In this document: one piece after another, positions 8,725 through 19,000 of the stretch
Numbering within the stretch: the first letter of the stretch is position 1
Layout of the letters: every line of letters begins with the position of its first letter
NCBI GenBank assembly: GCA_045593265.1
Contig: JAZNWH010000131.1
Span: forward strand, 9,422-73,421
DNA: 64,000 nucleotides
Reading direction: 5' to 3'
Source: Clostridia bacterium
Lineage (GTDB): Bacteria; Bacillota; Clostridia; RGIG6154
Made by a program: the position numbers and the translations under genes
The notes under the pieces: generated by a model
Seen by the model: only the letters and a program-made list of their open reading frames with translations
Told to the model about the DNA's origin: nothing
Database searches by the model: none

Positions 8725-8901
8725 AATGGCTCAAACGCAGTGTTTGAGCCAAAATAAAGCAGGACTCCGAAGAATCGACAGATTTTTTGGGAAGAAGAGG
8801 AACAGTGAAGCAAGTGATTGATTTTTTGTATAGAAAAACAAAGCAAACGAAACTTATTCCGACGAGGCAGGGGCAGAGCGAAAAGAGTCATATCCACAAT
8901 A
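8725..8901. repeat. R1 repeat copy 1, about 177 bp and about 98% identical to 36635-36809. It contains a minus-strand intrinsic terminator hairpin at 8727-8751 and may be an sRNA or UTR module.
   Basis: The two copies differ by one 3-bp indel and one substitution. The hairpin tggctcaaac-gcagt-gtttgagcca is followed on the minus strand by a T-run. Confidence 0.6.
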
Positions 8902-8960
8902 ACATGAAAACTATGAGTAATAAGGTATTTGTAGGCATATTTTTCCATTTATTATTCATT

Positions 8961-9059
8961 ATAGAGGATATATCCGGACACACAACATCGCAGATAACCG
9001 AGATGTACTATGTAAAGAAGGACACCTCAAGGCTGAACGGAATCACAGATGGGTTTGAG
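8961..9059 (+). repeat. R2 repeat copy a, about 99 bp, encoding the peptide IEDISGHTTSQITEMYYVKKDTSRLNGITDGFE. It lies within a possible small ORF at 8904..9152 with an N-terminal hydrophobic segment.
   Basis: Second copy at 10673-10771. The 11 nucleotide differences are all synonymous in this frame. Confidence 0.5.
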
Positions 9060-9077
9060 TTATGGAAATATGCGGCA

Positions 9078-9125
9078 ATAAAAATACACCCTGAGAACAG
9101 AATTTTCGGGGTGTATGATTTTTGT
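9078..9125. terminator. Hairpin with flanking T-runs that serves as a terminator for the minus-strand SGNH gene and for any + strand transcript from the R1/R2 region.
   Basis: atacaccc-tgagaacagaattttc-ggggtgtat, followed by TGATTTTTG on the + strand and TTTTTATT on the minus strand. Confidence 0.45.
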
Positions 9126-9152
9126 ATGCCGTATATCTTCGAAGATGTATGA

Positions 9153-10118
9153 TTAGAGTAATTGTTCTTTAATAATCTTTACAAGATTTTTGCTTACGGT
9201 TTTATGTCCTTTTCTGTCAGGGTGGAGTGGCTCAGGGTTTATCCATCCTGTTGTATTTATGTAGAATACATTGTCGCTGTTTTTACTGTTATATGTGTCT
9301 GTAACCATTTTGATTTCTTCTGCTAAGCAGCCTGAAAAAGGTGTTAATGCTATTATTTGGGATTTTGGGTTTCTTTTTCTTACAAGACACAAAAATTCAA
9401 AATATTTTTTCTTAAATAAATCTTTATCATTTTTTCTGTCATTGGTTCCGTGGTTAATGACAATAATATCTGCATTCTGACTTTCCATTGGAAAACCATC
9501 GCTATAGTATGGGTAAGATTCTTCGGCTGGAGGAACATTTCCTGCTCCGCCTTTGGTTGTACCAAGGCATCCGTAGCCCATAACAACAGGACGGAAATTA
9601 AGGGATTTTGCTGTAAGATATGCATATCCTGCTGTTGAATCGTCCCAATAAACCATATCTCTGCTGTCCTGATAATTTGAATACTTAGTATCTATAGAAA
9701 TACCTTCTGTTATTGAATCACCTATAAATTCTATAACAGGTCTGGTGTCTTTAGGGAGTGGGCAGAATCCTTCGGCTTCTATTGAAACAAGAGAAACTTT
9801 AGCTTCTATAGGATTAAGCCATCTGTTCTGCGTTTCCATAGAGCTTTTCATCGTTACGCAAACTTTGTGTTTTCCTGATTCAGCAGAAATTCTTATAAAT
9901 TTGTCAAGAGTAACTTCAATGTTGGCTCCATTGTCTACATTTATGTAAATATGAGGGTAGGGAATTTGGTTTTCTGATATATCAAATTCGATTACAGCAC
10001 ATTCTCCTTCGTACATAAATTCAAAATAGCTTCCGTTGGCTGTAGATACAGACGCAGCCGTGGTAATGTTCCAGCGGCCTGTATACCTTATTTGGTTGTC
10101 GTCGTGTTTTATAATCAT
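9153..10118 (-). CDS. SGNH/GDSL hydrolase with an N-terminal beta-sandwich domain, similar to carbohydrate esterase family 2 (candidate acetyl-xylan or acetyl-mannan esterase).
   Basis: GDSITEG block I and GTND block III. N-terminal jelly-roll-like domain of about 120 aa. No signal peptide. Confidence 0.55.
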   Translation of the reverse strand: MIIKHDDNQIRYTGRWNITTAASVSTANGSYFEFMYEGECAVIEFDISENQIPYPHIYINVDNGANIEVTLDKFIRISAESGKHKVCVTMKSSMETQNRWLNPIEAKVSLVSIEAEGFCPLPKDTRPVIEFIGDSITEGISIDTKYSNYQDSRDMVYWDDSTAGYAYLTAKSLNFRPVVMGYGCLGTTKGGAGNVPPAEESYPYYSDGFPMESQNADIIVINHGTNDRKNDKDLFKKKYFEFLCLVRKRNPKSQIIALTPFSGCLAEEIKMVTDTYNSKNSDNVFYINTTGWINPEPLHPDRKGHKTVSKNLVKIIKEQLL

Positions 10119-10133
10119 AGTTAGACTCCTTAT

Positions 10134-10742
10134 TTATAAATTTTTTCGTATTTGAGATGGTGAAAGACCACATTCATTTTTAAAAACATTTGAAAAATAT
10201 GCAATATCCTCGAAGCCACATTCAAGTGCTATATCGGAGATTGAAAGATTTGTAGTTTCTAGAAGCTTTCGGGCTTCTTCACAACGGAGTTGACGAAGGT
10301 AATCAAAAACAGTGATTTTGGTATGTTCTTTAAAAAGCTTAGAAAAGTAAAATTTACTGAAGCCGGCAGCGGCCGCGACCTCGTCAAGAGTAAGCTTTTC
10401 CTTATAATGTTCTCTTATATATTTTATTCCTTTTTTAATATTTTCGTTAACATATGTATCTTCTTGTACCGGTCTTTGATAGTTTTTGTATAAATAAGCT
10501 ATCAGTGTAAGTGTTGCGGCACGAAGAGAAACCTCGCATTTTTCAAGATATTCCTTTTCAACAGATTCAAAATAATCAAATAAATGTTCATCTTCAATAC
10601 ATTCGCGAAATTCAAATTTCCCGGGTGCGAGTCCCGATTCGCTTAAAAATTCTTTGCTGACTTTAAAACAATATAGAGGATATATCCGGACATACCACAT
10701 CGCAGATAACTGAGATGTACTATGTAAAGAAAGATACATCAA
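10134..10742 (-). pseudogene. N-terminally truncated AraC-family regulator remnant. Its apparent 5' end runs into R2 repeat copy b.
   Basis: The C-terminal AraC HTH is complete, but only about 90 aa of the sensor domain remain, against about 180 aa in neighbouring AraC paralogs. The first 23 codons are antisense to the R2 repeat. Confidence 0.45.
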
Positions 10743-10771
10743 GATTAAATGGAATCACAGATGGATTCGAG
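10673..10771 (+). repeat. R2 repeat copy b, encoding the same peptide as copy a with only synonymous differences. It lacks the upstream hydrophobic segment and a start codon.
   Basis: Codon-level comparison with 8961-9059 shows 11 synonymous and 0 nonsynonymous differences. A stop follows immediately after FEI. Confidence 0.5.
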
Positions 10772-10905
10772 ATATAATTAACGAACACAGGAACTTTACA
10801 AAAAATTCTAAAAAGTGAGCCAACCTCAAAAAGTTAGACAAAAATCTAAAGATTGAGAGGTCGGCTTATTATATGTTTTAATTCGGAGTTTTTTTATATT
10901 ATCAT

Positions 10906-11730
10906 TTATTTGTGAAGATATCTTTTTCGATATTTTGAAGGAGTTAAACCGATGGACTTTTTAAATATTTTTATATAGTAGTCTGCATTATTGAAGCCTG
11001 AAAGCAGTGCAACGTCCGAAATAGATCTGCTTGAATCTTCAAGATGGGTAATAGAAGCTTCAATGCGTTTTCTGTTGATATATTCTGTAGGTGTAATTTT
11101 CATAAATTCTTTAAAAAGTGTTCTGTAACGGGATTCACTTAATCCTTCTATGTCTGCAAGGTCTTTTATCTTAATATCGAAAGGATATTTTTCATTGATA
11201 TAATTAATTGATTTTGAAAACAGATGCTTGATGTTTGGGGCATGTATATATCTTGAGGTGTCGGCAAGTATTATTGTAAATATAGCACCGGTAACATCGT
11301 TTAAATATTCACCGCCTAAACTAAAAGCTTCAAAAAGTTTTTTAAAATCGTCTACGATTTTGTGATGAATTCCCGGTGTAAAAGGAACATTTACAGGAAT
11401 TTTAAAATGTTCAAGGATGGATTTTGCCTGGTATCCCATAAAATGAAGAGTAAGATAGGTTATGGGAGTTTCCTTATCGGTTATCTGAATATGATATGTA
11501 TTGGGAGGGACGATAAACATATCACCCTCATTCAATCTGTAAGTTTTATCCGTTTTAATAGAGTAAGAGTTTTTTTGTATGTAAAAAAGATGATAGTCAG
11601 TTCTGTTCAGACGGCTTATCCCTTCATATTTTTCGGTGGTTCCTGCACAGGTTATAAGTAATGGTAAATCTGTAGTACAGGTACCCATATAGCTTGCAGG
11701 GTCGGGTATATAATAGTAATGACTTTTCAT
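10906..11730 (-). CDS. AraC-family transcriptional regulator (cupin-like sensor domain plus dual HTH).
   Basis: C-terminal AraC signature (DIKIKDLADIEGLSESRYRTLFKEFMKITPTEYINRKRIEASITHL). 274 aa. Confidence 0.75.
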   Translation of the reverse strand: MKSHYYYIPDPASYMGTCTTDLPLLITCAGTTEKYEGISRLNRTDYHLFYIQKNSYSIKTDKTYRLNEGDMFIVPPNTYHIQITDKETPITYLTLHFMGYQAKSILEHFKIPVNVPFTPGIHHKIVDDFKKLFEAFSLGGEYLNDVTGAIFTIILADTSRYIHAPNIKHLFSKSINYINEKYPFDIKIKDLADIEGLSESRYRTLFKEFMKITPTEYINRKRIEASITHLEDSSRSISDVALLSGFNNADYYIKIFKKSIGLTPSKYRKRYLHK

Positions 11731-11887
11731 ATTCTACCTCGCTTTATAAGTATACGGAATTCAACTTAAACGAAATCTACGATTTAATACTACACTATAA
11801 ACCGAATAAATGCAAGAGTAATTCGTTATTTGGCATTATTTACATAATAAATAGTAATCGAAAAGTGCGGTTTTGTTGAATTGTACA

Positions 11888-11916
11888 TTGAAGAGCAGTT
11901 GCAAAAGTGATAATAT
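11888..11916 (+). promoter_or_regulatory. Candidate sigma-A promoter for the 11972 gene (-35 TTGAAG, 17-nt spacer, -10 TAATAT).
   Basis: Hexamer match and spacing, found by sequence inspection only. Confidence 0.35.
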
Positions 11917-11971
11917 GAAAATGCGAAAGCTATAAAGCAAATTATAAATATAGACAAAAAGGAGAGATTGG

Positions 11972-14900
11972 ATGAAGAATAGAGCAAAAAGAGTTATGAG
12001 CCTTTTGATTTTGCTTACGATGATTGTTTCCTGTTTTACGGCAACAACTACTTTTGCGGCTCAAACTTATGGTGTTGACAATTTAAACAGTAAGAAAGGC
12101 GATTTGTATATTGGCTTTCTTGGTGGCTCAATAACTCAAGGATCAGGTGCGACATTGCTTGAAAACAGATATTCATCATTAATAACTAAAGAATTTTTTG
12201 GCAGTAAATTTGCTCCCGGAAAAGTTACGGAAATTAATGCTGCAGTCGGCGGAACAGGCACCGAGTATGGTCATATGAGAATGTATAAAGATTTAAGACT
12301 CGGAACTGAGGAATCTCCCGATGTTGTTTTTGTTGAATTTGCGGTAAACGACAGTTCTGTAAGTACACCATCACGACTTAAGAACATGGAATCAATTGTA
12401 AGACAACTTATTTCGCAACCTAAAATTCCTGCAATTATCTTTGTTTACACATTTTCGAGCGACTCACGATATATTGATGGTGCTGATGCCAAATCTGTAG
12501 AAGGTGCTATAGAGGATTTTCACAAGATAGCTGAAAACTACGGTATTTATGAAATTAACTTAACTGAATATATCGGTAAGGGAATAGAAGAAGGAAAATG
12601 GCTTTGGAATTCTTCGGGTCAGGAAAATAATTTATCTATAGATACGGCACATCCCAACGATTTCGGTTACAGAGTTTATGCAGATTACATTAAAGAATGT
12701 CTTGAAAAGGATTACGATAAAGCTTTTAGTAAGATAGACCCAATGACCAAGCCTTACGGTAATGACCTTTTCGGTGTTATAGAAGAAATATATTTTGGTG
12801 ATGACAGAGTTGTCAAAAGTAAAGAATGGAAACATAAGAAAAGAGTGGAAGGCACTGAAAACCATTTTTACAAAGGATTCTATACAAATCAGGATTCACT
12901 GGATGCAACCTTTGAGTTTGAATTTGAAGGCCGCGGTGTAGGTATCAATGTAACAAGAGATTATAATAATGCATATGTTAACTGGTCAGTAACCAAAAAA
13001 TCAACCGGAGAAGTTGTTGCTTCGTCAACAATAAGATATCCGTCTACCATTCAGCGCAATGATAACGGAATAGGTTTCTTACTTGCAACAGGACTACCAA
13101 AGGATACTTACATATTTAAGTGTACTCTTTCAGAGAGTGAACATGCAATAAACAGAGGCGGAAACGGAAAATATATGGCTATTGCCAATATTGTTGTAGA
13201 AAAGGATTTACATTCAAATCTTCCGGGACCTGACGGAAATGTAATTGCACCTGATGTAGATTCTTCCGGAGAAACAGAGAATATTCCACAGGAAGAAGTG
13301 AAGAATGAAAGTCTTGCAATATCAGGTGATAAAACAATTCTTTATGTAGCAAAGGATGGTAAGGATACCAACAATGGTTCGATAGATTCACCTTTTGCTA
13401 CTCTTGAAAAGGCGAGAGATACAATACGCTCACTTAAAAAGAGTGGTAATCTCGGTGAAGGTGGAGCTGTTGTTTATATAAGAGGCGGAGAATATTTAGT
13501 ACAGAAAGAATTGTTGCTTACTGAAGAGGATTCGGGAGCTGAAAATGCGCCCATTGTTTACAGAAATTATCCTGATGAGAAAGTTGAGTTTATGGGTGCG
13601 GTCGATATGAATACCGAACTGTTTAAACGTGTAACGGATGAAAGCGTATTAAATAAGATTGTCGATACTAAGGCAAGAGATAAGGTAGTGGCAGTTGATT
13701 TATTTGCATTGGGATACACGGAACTTCCTGAGCAGTATTGGCCTGGTGCATATTCCTACATTCAGAATATGCCGTCAATTACAGGTAGAGAAAAGCCGAC
13801 AGCAATAGCATCAGAACTTATTGTAAACGGTCAGGCACAAACAATTGCAAGGTATCCGAATAATGATTATATGTATATTGAATCTGTTATCGAACCGGGT
13901 GCAATGCCGAGAAACTGGAGTAACGATGTAAAAGGAAGCGACGATTATGTTAAGCCCGAGGACAGAGTACCTACACCTTTTACTTTTACGGTAGCTGATG
14001 AAAGAATTAAATACTGGACAGATGCAAAGGATGCACTTCTTTACGGTTATTTCTATTATTCATGGGCAGATCAGACGGTGCCTTTAGCATCAGTTGATGT
14101 TTCAAAGCATGCAATTACTTCAAAATATCCCAGCGTATACACTGTACTTGCAGATCAGTATTTCTACATATACAATTTGTTAGAGGAAATTGATATTCCG
14201 GGTGAATATTTTGTAGACAGAGAGAACGGTATTTTATACCTTTATCCTCCTGAAAGTGGCATCAGTTCAGCAATATATACTACTCTTGAGGATTATATGT
14301 TTAACCTTCAGGGAGCTGAATATATCAGCATAAAGGGTATTGATATGAGCTATATGAGAAGCGGTGCAATTTTCTCAATGGGTGTTAAAGGTGTTGAAAT
14401 CGCGGATTGTGAAATCAGCTATACAGGTTCTAAAGCGGTAACAGTTTCCGGTTATGACAATAAAGTATATGATTGCTATATTCACGATGTTGAAGGCGGT
14501 GTTGTGCTTGATGGCGGCGACAGAAAAAATCTGATTCCCGGTAATAATTATGTTGAAAACTGCGAATTTGAAAATTGTTCAAGAATTTCAAGTACATATA
14601 TGCCTGCCGTAACATTATCAAACATAGGTAACAGGGTAGTTAATAATAAAATCCATGGTTCACCTCATTTGCTTATTCAGTTCAGCGGTAATGACCATAT
14701 TATAGGATATAATGAAATTTACGATGCCTGTCAGCATACCGATGATGCAGGTGCTATGTATGCGGGTAGAGCAGTTTCACAGCAGGGAAACAGAATAATT
14801 AACAATTATTTCCACGATATTGAATCTGAAGAACTCGGTAATAATGGTGTATCGGGATTATATTTAGATGACTACTGGAGTTCCGCAGATATTTCGGGGA

Positions 14901-15859
14901 ATGTATTTGAAAACATTTCAGGTTACGGTGTTGCTTCGAGCGGTAACTTTACTAAGATAAACAACAATATTTTTGTTAATGTTCGTAGTGGTGCAGTTCG
15001 TGCAAAGGGCTCGGATACTTATAATCAATCTGTATCAGAAGTATTGAATGAATTTAATGTTTTGTGGAATGATGAACTTGTAAGATTTGATTGCTACAGT
15101 GATAAATGGATTAAAAAGTATCCTCAGATATTGGAGCTTAAGGACGAAAACGGAAGATTCCGACTTGGTTATAAGATGGAAATTATGAACAATATCCTCT
15201 ATAACTCATCAGACAATGTTGTCGAAAATGATGTAAAACGTGACGGAACGGTTGAAAATAATTTATTAATTACATCTGACCCGGGATTTTACGATGTGGC
15301 AAATAGAAATTATCTTCTAAAGCCGGATTCGGAAATTTATACAAAGATTCCGGATTTCCATCCTATCGCATTTACAAGAATGGGACAGTATTCATCCAGA
15401 GCTATGTCAAGAATCAAAAATGCTTATGTTTTATCAGCAGAAAGTCCATATGTGTTCAATAATGGTGAAAAAATTAAAGGCGATAAGAATGGTATAACTG
15501 TTATTGACGGTAAAGCCTATGTTCCACTTCGTAAAGGCGTTGAAGCTGTTGGCGGAAGCATTCAGTTTGATGAAGCGACAAGTGAGATAAGTATTACTAC
15601 AGATACAAAGCTCGTAAGCTTTACAGATGGTGAAAAGTCAAAGGTAAGCTCAAACGGAACGGAATATACACTTGTAAATCCTATTGTAAATAAGGAATAC
15701 ACAAACTATATAAGTATTACAGACCTTGCAGCTTTATTTGAAAAGCAGTTAACTGAATACGAGGATATATTTGTAATAAGTGATGTTGAAAATCTATTTA
15801 CCAAAACGGTTGACGACGGACTTTTAAGATATATTCAATCACAGCTTACTATATATTAA
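11972..15859 (+). CDS. Secreted multidomain protein of 1295 aa: signal peptide, SGNH/GDSL esterase domain, right-handed parallel beta-helix (pectin-lyase-fold) domain, and a C-terminal Cu-amine-oxidase-N-like domain.
   Basis: Signal peptide MKNRAKRVMSLLILLTMIVSCFTATTTFAAQ. GGSITQG and EFAVNDS esterase blocks. The beta-helix core (NNKIHGSPHLLIQFSGNDHIIGYNEIYDACQHTDDAGAMYAGR) is paralogous to 16041, 53382 and 59540. The C-terminal about 150 aa is shared with the 53382 protein (GLLRYIxxQLTIY). Confidence 0.7.
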   Translation: MKNRAKRVMSLLILLTMIVSCFTATTTFAAQTYGVDNLNSKKGDLYIGFLGGSITQGSGATLLENRYSSLITKEFFGSKFAPGKVTEINAAVGGTGTEYGHMRMYKDLRLGTEESPDVVFVEFAVNDSSVSTPSRLKNMESIVRQLISQPKIPAIIFVYTFSSDSRYIDGADAKSVEGAIEDFHKIAENYGIYEINLTEYIGKGIEEGKWLWNSSGQENNLSIDTAHPNDFGYRVYADYIKECLEKDYDKAFSKIDPMTKPYGNDLFGVIEEIYFGDDRVVKSKEWKHKKRVEGTENHFYKGFYTNQDSLDATFEFEFEGRGVGINVTRDYNNAYVNWSVTKKSTGEVVASSTIRYPSTIQRNDNGIGFLLATGLPKDTYIFKCTLSESEHAINRGGNGKYMAIANIVVEKDLHSNLPGPDGNVIAPDVDSSGETENIPQEEVKNESLAISGDKTILYVAKDGKDTNNGSIDSPFATLEKARDTIRSLKKSGNLGEGGAVVYIRGGEYLVQKELLLTEEDSGAENAPIVYRNYPDEKVEFMGAVDMNTELFKRVTDESVLNKIVDTKARDKVVAVDLFALGYTELPEQYWPGAYSYIQNMPSITGREKPTAIASELIVNGQAQTIARYPNNDYMYIESVIEPGAMPRNWSNDVKGSDDYVKPEDRVPTPFTFTVADERIKYWTDAKDALLYGYFYYSWADQTVPLASVDVSKHAITSKYPSVYTVLADQYFYIYNLLEEIDIPGEYFVDRENGILYLYPPESGISSAIYTTLEDYMFNLQGAEYISIKGIDMSYMRSGAIFSMGVKGVEIADCEISYTGSKAVTVSGYDNKVYDCYIHDVEGGVVLDGGDRKNLIPGNNYVENCEFENCSRISSTYMPAVTLSNIGNRVVNNKIHGSPHLLIQFSGNDHIIGYNEIYDACQHTDDAGAMYAGRAVSQQGNRIINNYFHDIESEELGNNGVSGLYLDDYWSSADISGNVFENISGYGVASSGNFTKINNNIFVNVRSGAVRAKGSDTYNQSVSEVLNEFNVLWNDELVRFDCYSDKWIKKYPQILELKDENGRFRLGYKMEIMNNILYNSSDNVVENDVKRDGTVENNLLITSDPGFYDVANRNYLLKPDSEIYTKIPDFHPIAFTRMGQYSSRAMSRIKNAYVLSAESPYVFNNGEKIKGDKNGITVIDGKAYVPLRKGVEAVGGSIQFDEATSEISITTDTKLVSFTDGEKSKVSSNGTEYTLVNPIVNKEYTNYISITDLAALFEKQLTEYEDIFVISDVENLFTKTVDDGLLRYIQSQLTIY

Positions 15860-15906
15860 TTGCTTGTATCCGTGTATATTTAATATACACAGTTTACTCA
15901 TAAAAC

Positions 15907-15986
15907 TGCCTTGTTTGTTTTTTAAAAAAATAATATAACATCTCTTTCCAAATTATATGTTTTTTGCAAACAAGGCACCCCCTTTT
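15907..15986 (+). terminator. Putative terminator: an 11-bp stem (tgccttgtttg/caaacaaggca) with a large loop, followed by CCCCCTTTTT.
   Basis: Inverted repeat plus T-run downstream of the 11972 stop. The unusually long loop makes this uncertain. Confidence 0.3.
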
Positions 15987-16040
15987 TAAAAAAACTTTTA
16001 TTTTAAAAGTAATTATATATAAAAGAAAGGATTTGAAATT

Positions 16041-19000
16041 ATGAAAAACATTAAAAAGATAATTGGCATAATTCTTACAATTTGTATGGTTTTGCAAATA
16101 CTTCCCGTTTTTGCAAACGAAACACAAACAAGCGAAGCGGAATTTAATTATATTATCAATGATAATTTTTCCGCTGAAAGCTTTGATGGATGGAGTCTTG
16201 TGAAGGATACAGGGTATAGCTCCCTTGCAGACGATTTGGTTTCTTTGATACCTGTTGAAGGTGAAGAAGGAAACTATGCGCTTAACTATACTTCTGTTGA
16301 CAGCAAAACAGCAAGATATACTCATATTACAAGAACATTTGGTGAATCGGTTGCAATTTCAGGGGATAATGATATTGTAATCGAAACAAGAATGAAAACC
16401 ACAGGTACTAACCGTGCTTTCTTAAAGTATAATCTTGTAACATACCCTAAGTTTGAAAACGAATGGAATTATAACTGGGGAACATTAGTTGGTACTGACG
16501 GAAGTGATGTATTTGTACTAAATGGCTGGAAGGCAAATGAAACAACGCTTTTGTACGGATATCCTACAGAAGTTAAAACCAGTGTAAGTGATTTTGCTGA
16601 TAAATGGCATAATTACAAAATTGTGATTAAAGGCGGCGAAGTTGATACATCAACACATACCGCAGTTGGCAACACAATGGACATTATCGTAACCGATGAT
16701 GACGGAACAATTGTTAAAGAAAGTTACGGTCTTAGTATGGATTTTCCAAATGCTTCAAGCTGGGAAAATGTAAATGATAAAGGAAATGCAAATATAACAG
16801 ATTATAATTGGGTTGAAGATGCATTAAATACTCTGGACTTCAGATTAAGAGATGCAGAAACACTTACTGTTGACTATGTAAGAGTTTACCAGCAGTTTGA
16901 CGCAGATATGTCAGTTGATGAATTTATTCTTAATAATGAAGATGTAGTTATTAATATTGATATTGTAAAAGGTGATGCGTTATTTGAAAATTCTTTCGCT
17001 TTATATGATGCCTACGGTGATATTGTTGATACATTAAACTCTATTGATGAAACAAATAAAGTTGTAACACTTTCACCGATTGACAGTCTTACAGTAGGTG
17101 AAAAATATACAGTTAAGCTTAATAAATCGGTAGTTCCCGGTAACTATAATTTTGTAGAAGATGAAGTAAGCTTCATTGCATCCGATGTAAAATATATACT
17201 TTATGATGAATTCGGACAGGATGATTTAAATGGCTGGGAGCTTGTTAAGGATTCCGGCAAAACAACAAGCAGTACAACTGTACTTACATCACAGGAAATT
17301 CCTGAAGAAGCAGGTAACTATGCACTTGAATATATATCGGCTGCAACTCCTGAGGCAAACTGGAGATATAATCATATAACCAGAAAACTTTCATCATCTG
17401 TTCCTTTTGCAAGTGATAAAGAGCTTGTAATAGAAACAAGAATGAAATCAACAGGTACAGGACGTGTATATTTAAAGTACAATCTTGAAACATATCCATC
17501 TATTGTTAATGAATGGAACTATTGGTGGGGCGCACTTGTAGGTTCGGATACGGACAGATTCTATATTCCGAACGGATGGGAGCCAAAAAACGATGTTTAT
17601 TTGTCAAATCCTGTAAACACTGCATGGGATGAAGATGAAGTGCTGACAGGAACAGGTAATAAATGGTATACATATAAATTTGTAATTCATGGCGGAGAAA
17701 TTAATAACGAAACACATACTGCAACAGGAAACACAATGGATGTTACCATTACAGATAACGATGGTGCGGTTGTCACAGCTTTGAAAAATATGAGCATGGA
17801 TTTCCCGGACAATTCAACGTGGTCTCATTCAGGTTCTGTAAATGCCGAAAATGTAAACTGGGTTGAAGATGCATTAAATTCACTTGATTTCAGACTCAGA
17901 GCCCAAGAAACACTTACTGTTGACTATATAAAGGTTTATGAGCAGATTTCTGCAGATATGAGCGTTGATGCGTTTATTACTCCGAATGAAGAAATAAAAG
18001 TTACTGTTGATATAGAAAATGGTAATTCAGTTTTAAAAGATGCTTTCATATTATATGATGAGAATGATAATGTAATTGAAACATCAAATACAATCGACAG
18101 TACAAATAAGATTGTAACAATTGTGCCTGATGATAACCTTACAATGGGTAAAGAATACACAGTTAAGCTTGACACAACAAAAGTTCCTTCAAACTATGTT
18201 TTTGCAACAACTGAAAAAACTTTTAAAGTATCTGACATAAAGTACATCATGTATGATGAATTTGCAAACAACGATTTTGACGGATGGGAAGCAAAGGTGT
18301 TTAGTTCAAAATCATCTTCAAACACGCTTTCAACCGAGCCATATGAAGAAAATTCTGACAACTATGTACTTAAATACTCATCAGCAGATGCAACAAATTC
18401 CTATTACGGATATTTATCAAAATCAATTAATCCTGTTACATTCCCTACAGAAAAAGACCTTGTAATTGAAACTAAAGTTAAGGATACAAAGGGTTCGGCA
18501 GGTAAGGGTAGATTCTTCATTAAATATAATCTTGACGGCACAGCATATTCTGCAAATGAATGGCAGCACAGCTGGGGTGAATTTATCTGTGTAGATGAAG
18601 GTCTTGTATATGTTAATAATGGCTGGAAAGTACTTGCTTCAGGTTTAAACGGCACTAATTTAAAGTCTACCGGTTTGTCGGTAGCAGGTGATTGGCATAC
18701 ATATAAAATTGTGATTCATGGTGGAGAAACCAAAGACGAGGCAAAGGCAGACTACATTATATACAATTCAAACGGTGTTGAAGTAGCAAGACATGAAGGT
18801 ATAACACTTGATTTTCCGGACAACTCAGATTGGCCTAATGTAGGTACAGACACAGGTTCAACAGGTGCAAATTGGGTTGAAGGTGTTCTTAACTCTGTTG
18901 ATTTCAGATTAAGAAATGCAAATGAACTTTATATTGACTATGTAAAGGTTTATGAAAAGAAAGATGCTTCAGTTTTAGTAGATTGTAAAGATATTTTAGG

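Noticed and set aside
8604-8948. The 114-aa and 71-aa minus-strand ORFs at 8604..8948 and 36590..36805, which share the MTLFALPLPRRNKFRLLCFSIQKINHLLHC text.
   Set aside because: They exist only because both lie on the R1 repeat. They lack RBSs, run antisense to the terminator hairpin, and differ in reading continuation where the 3-bp indel occurs. Treated as non-coding repeat sequence.
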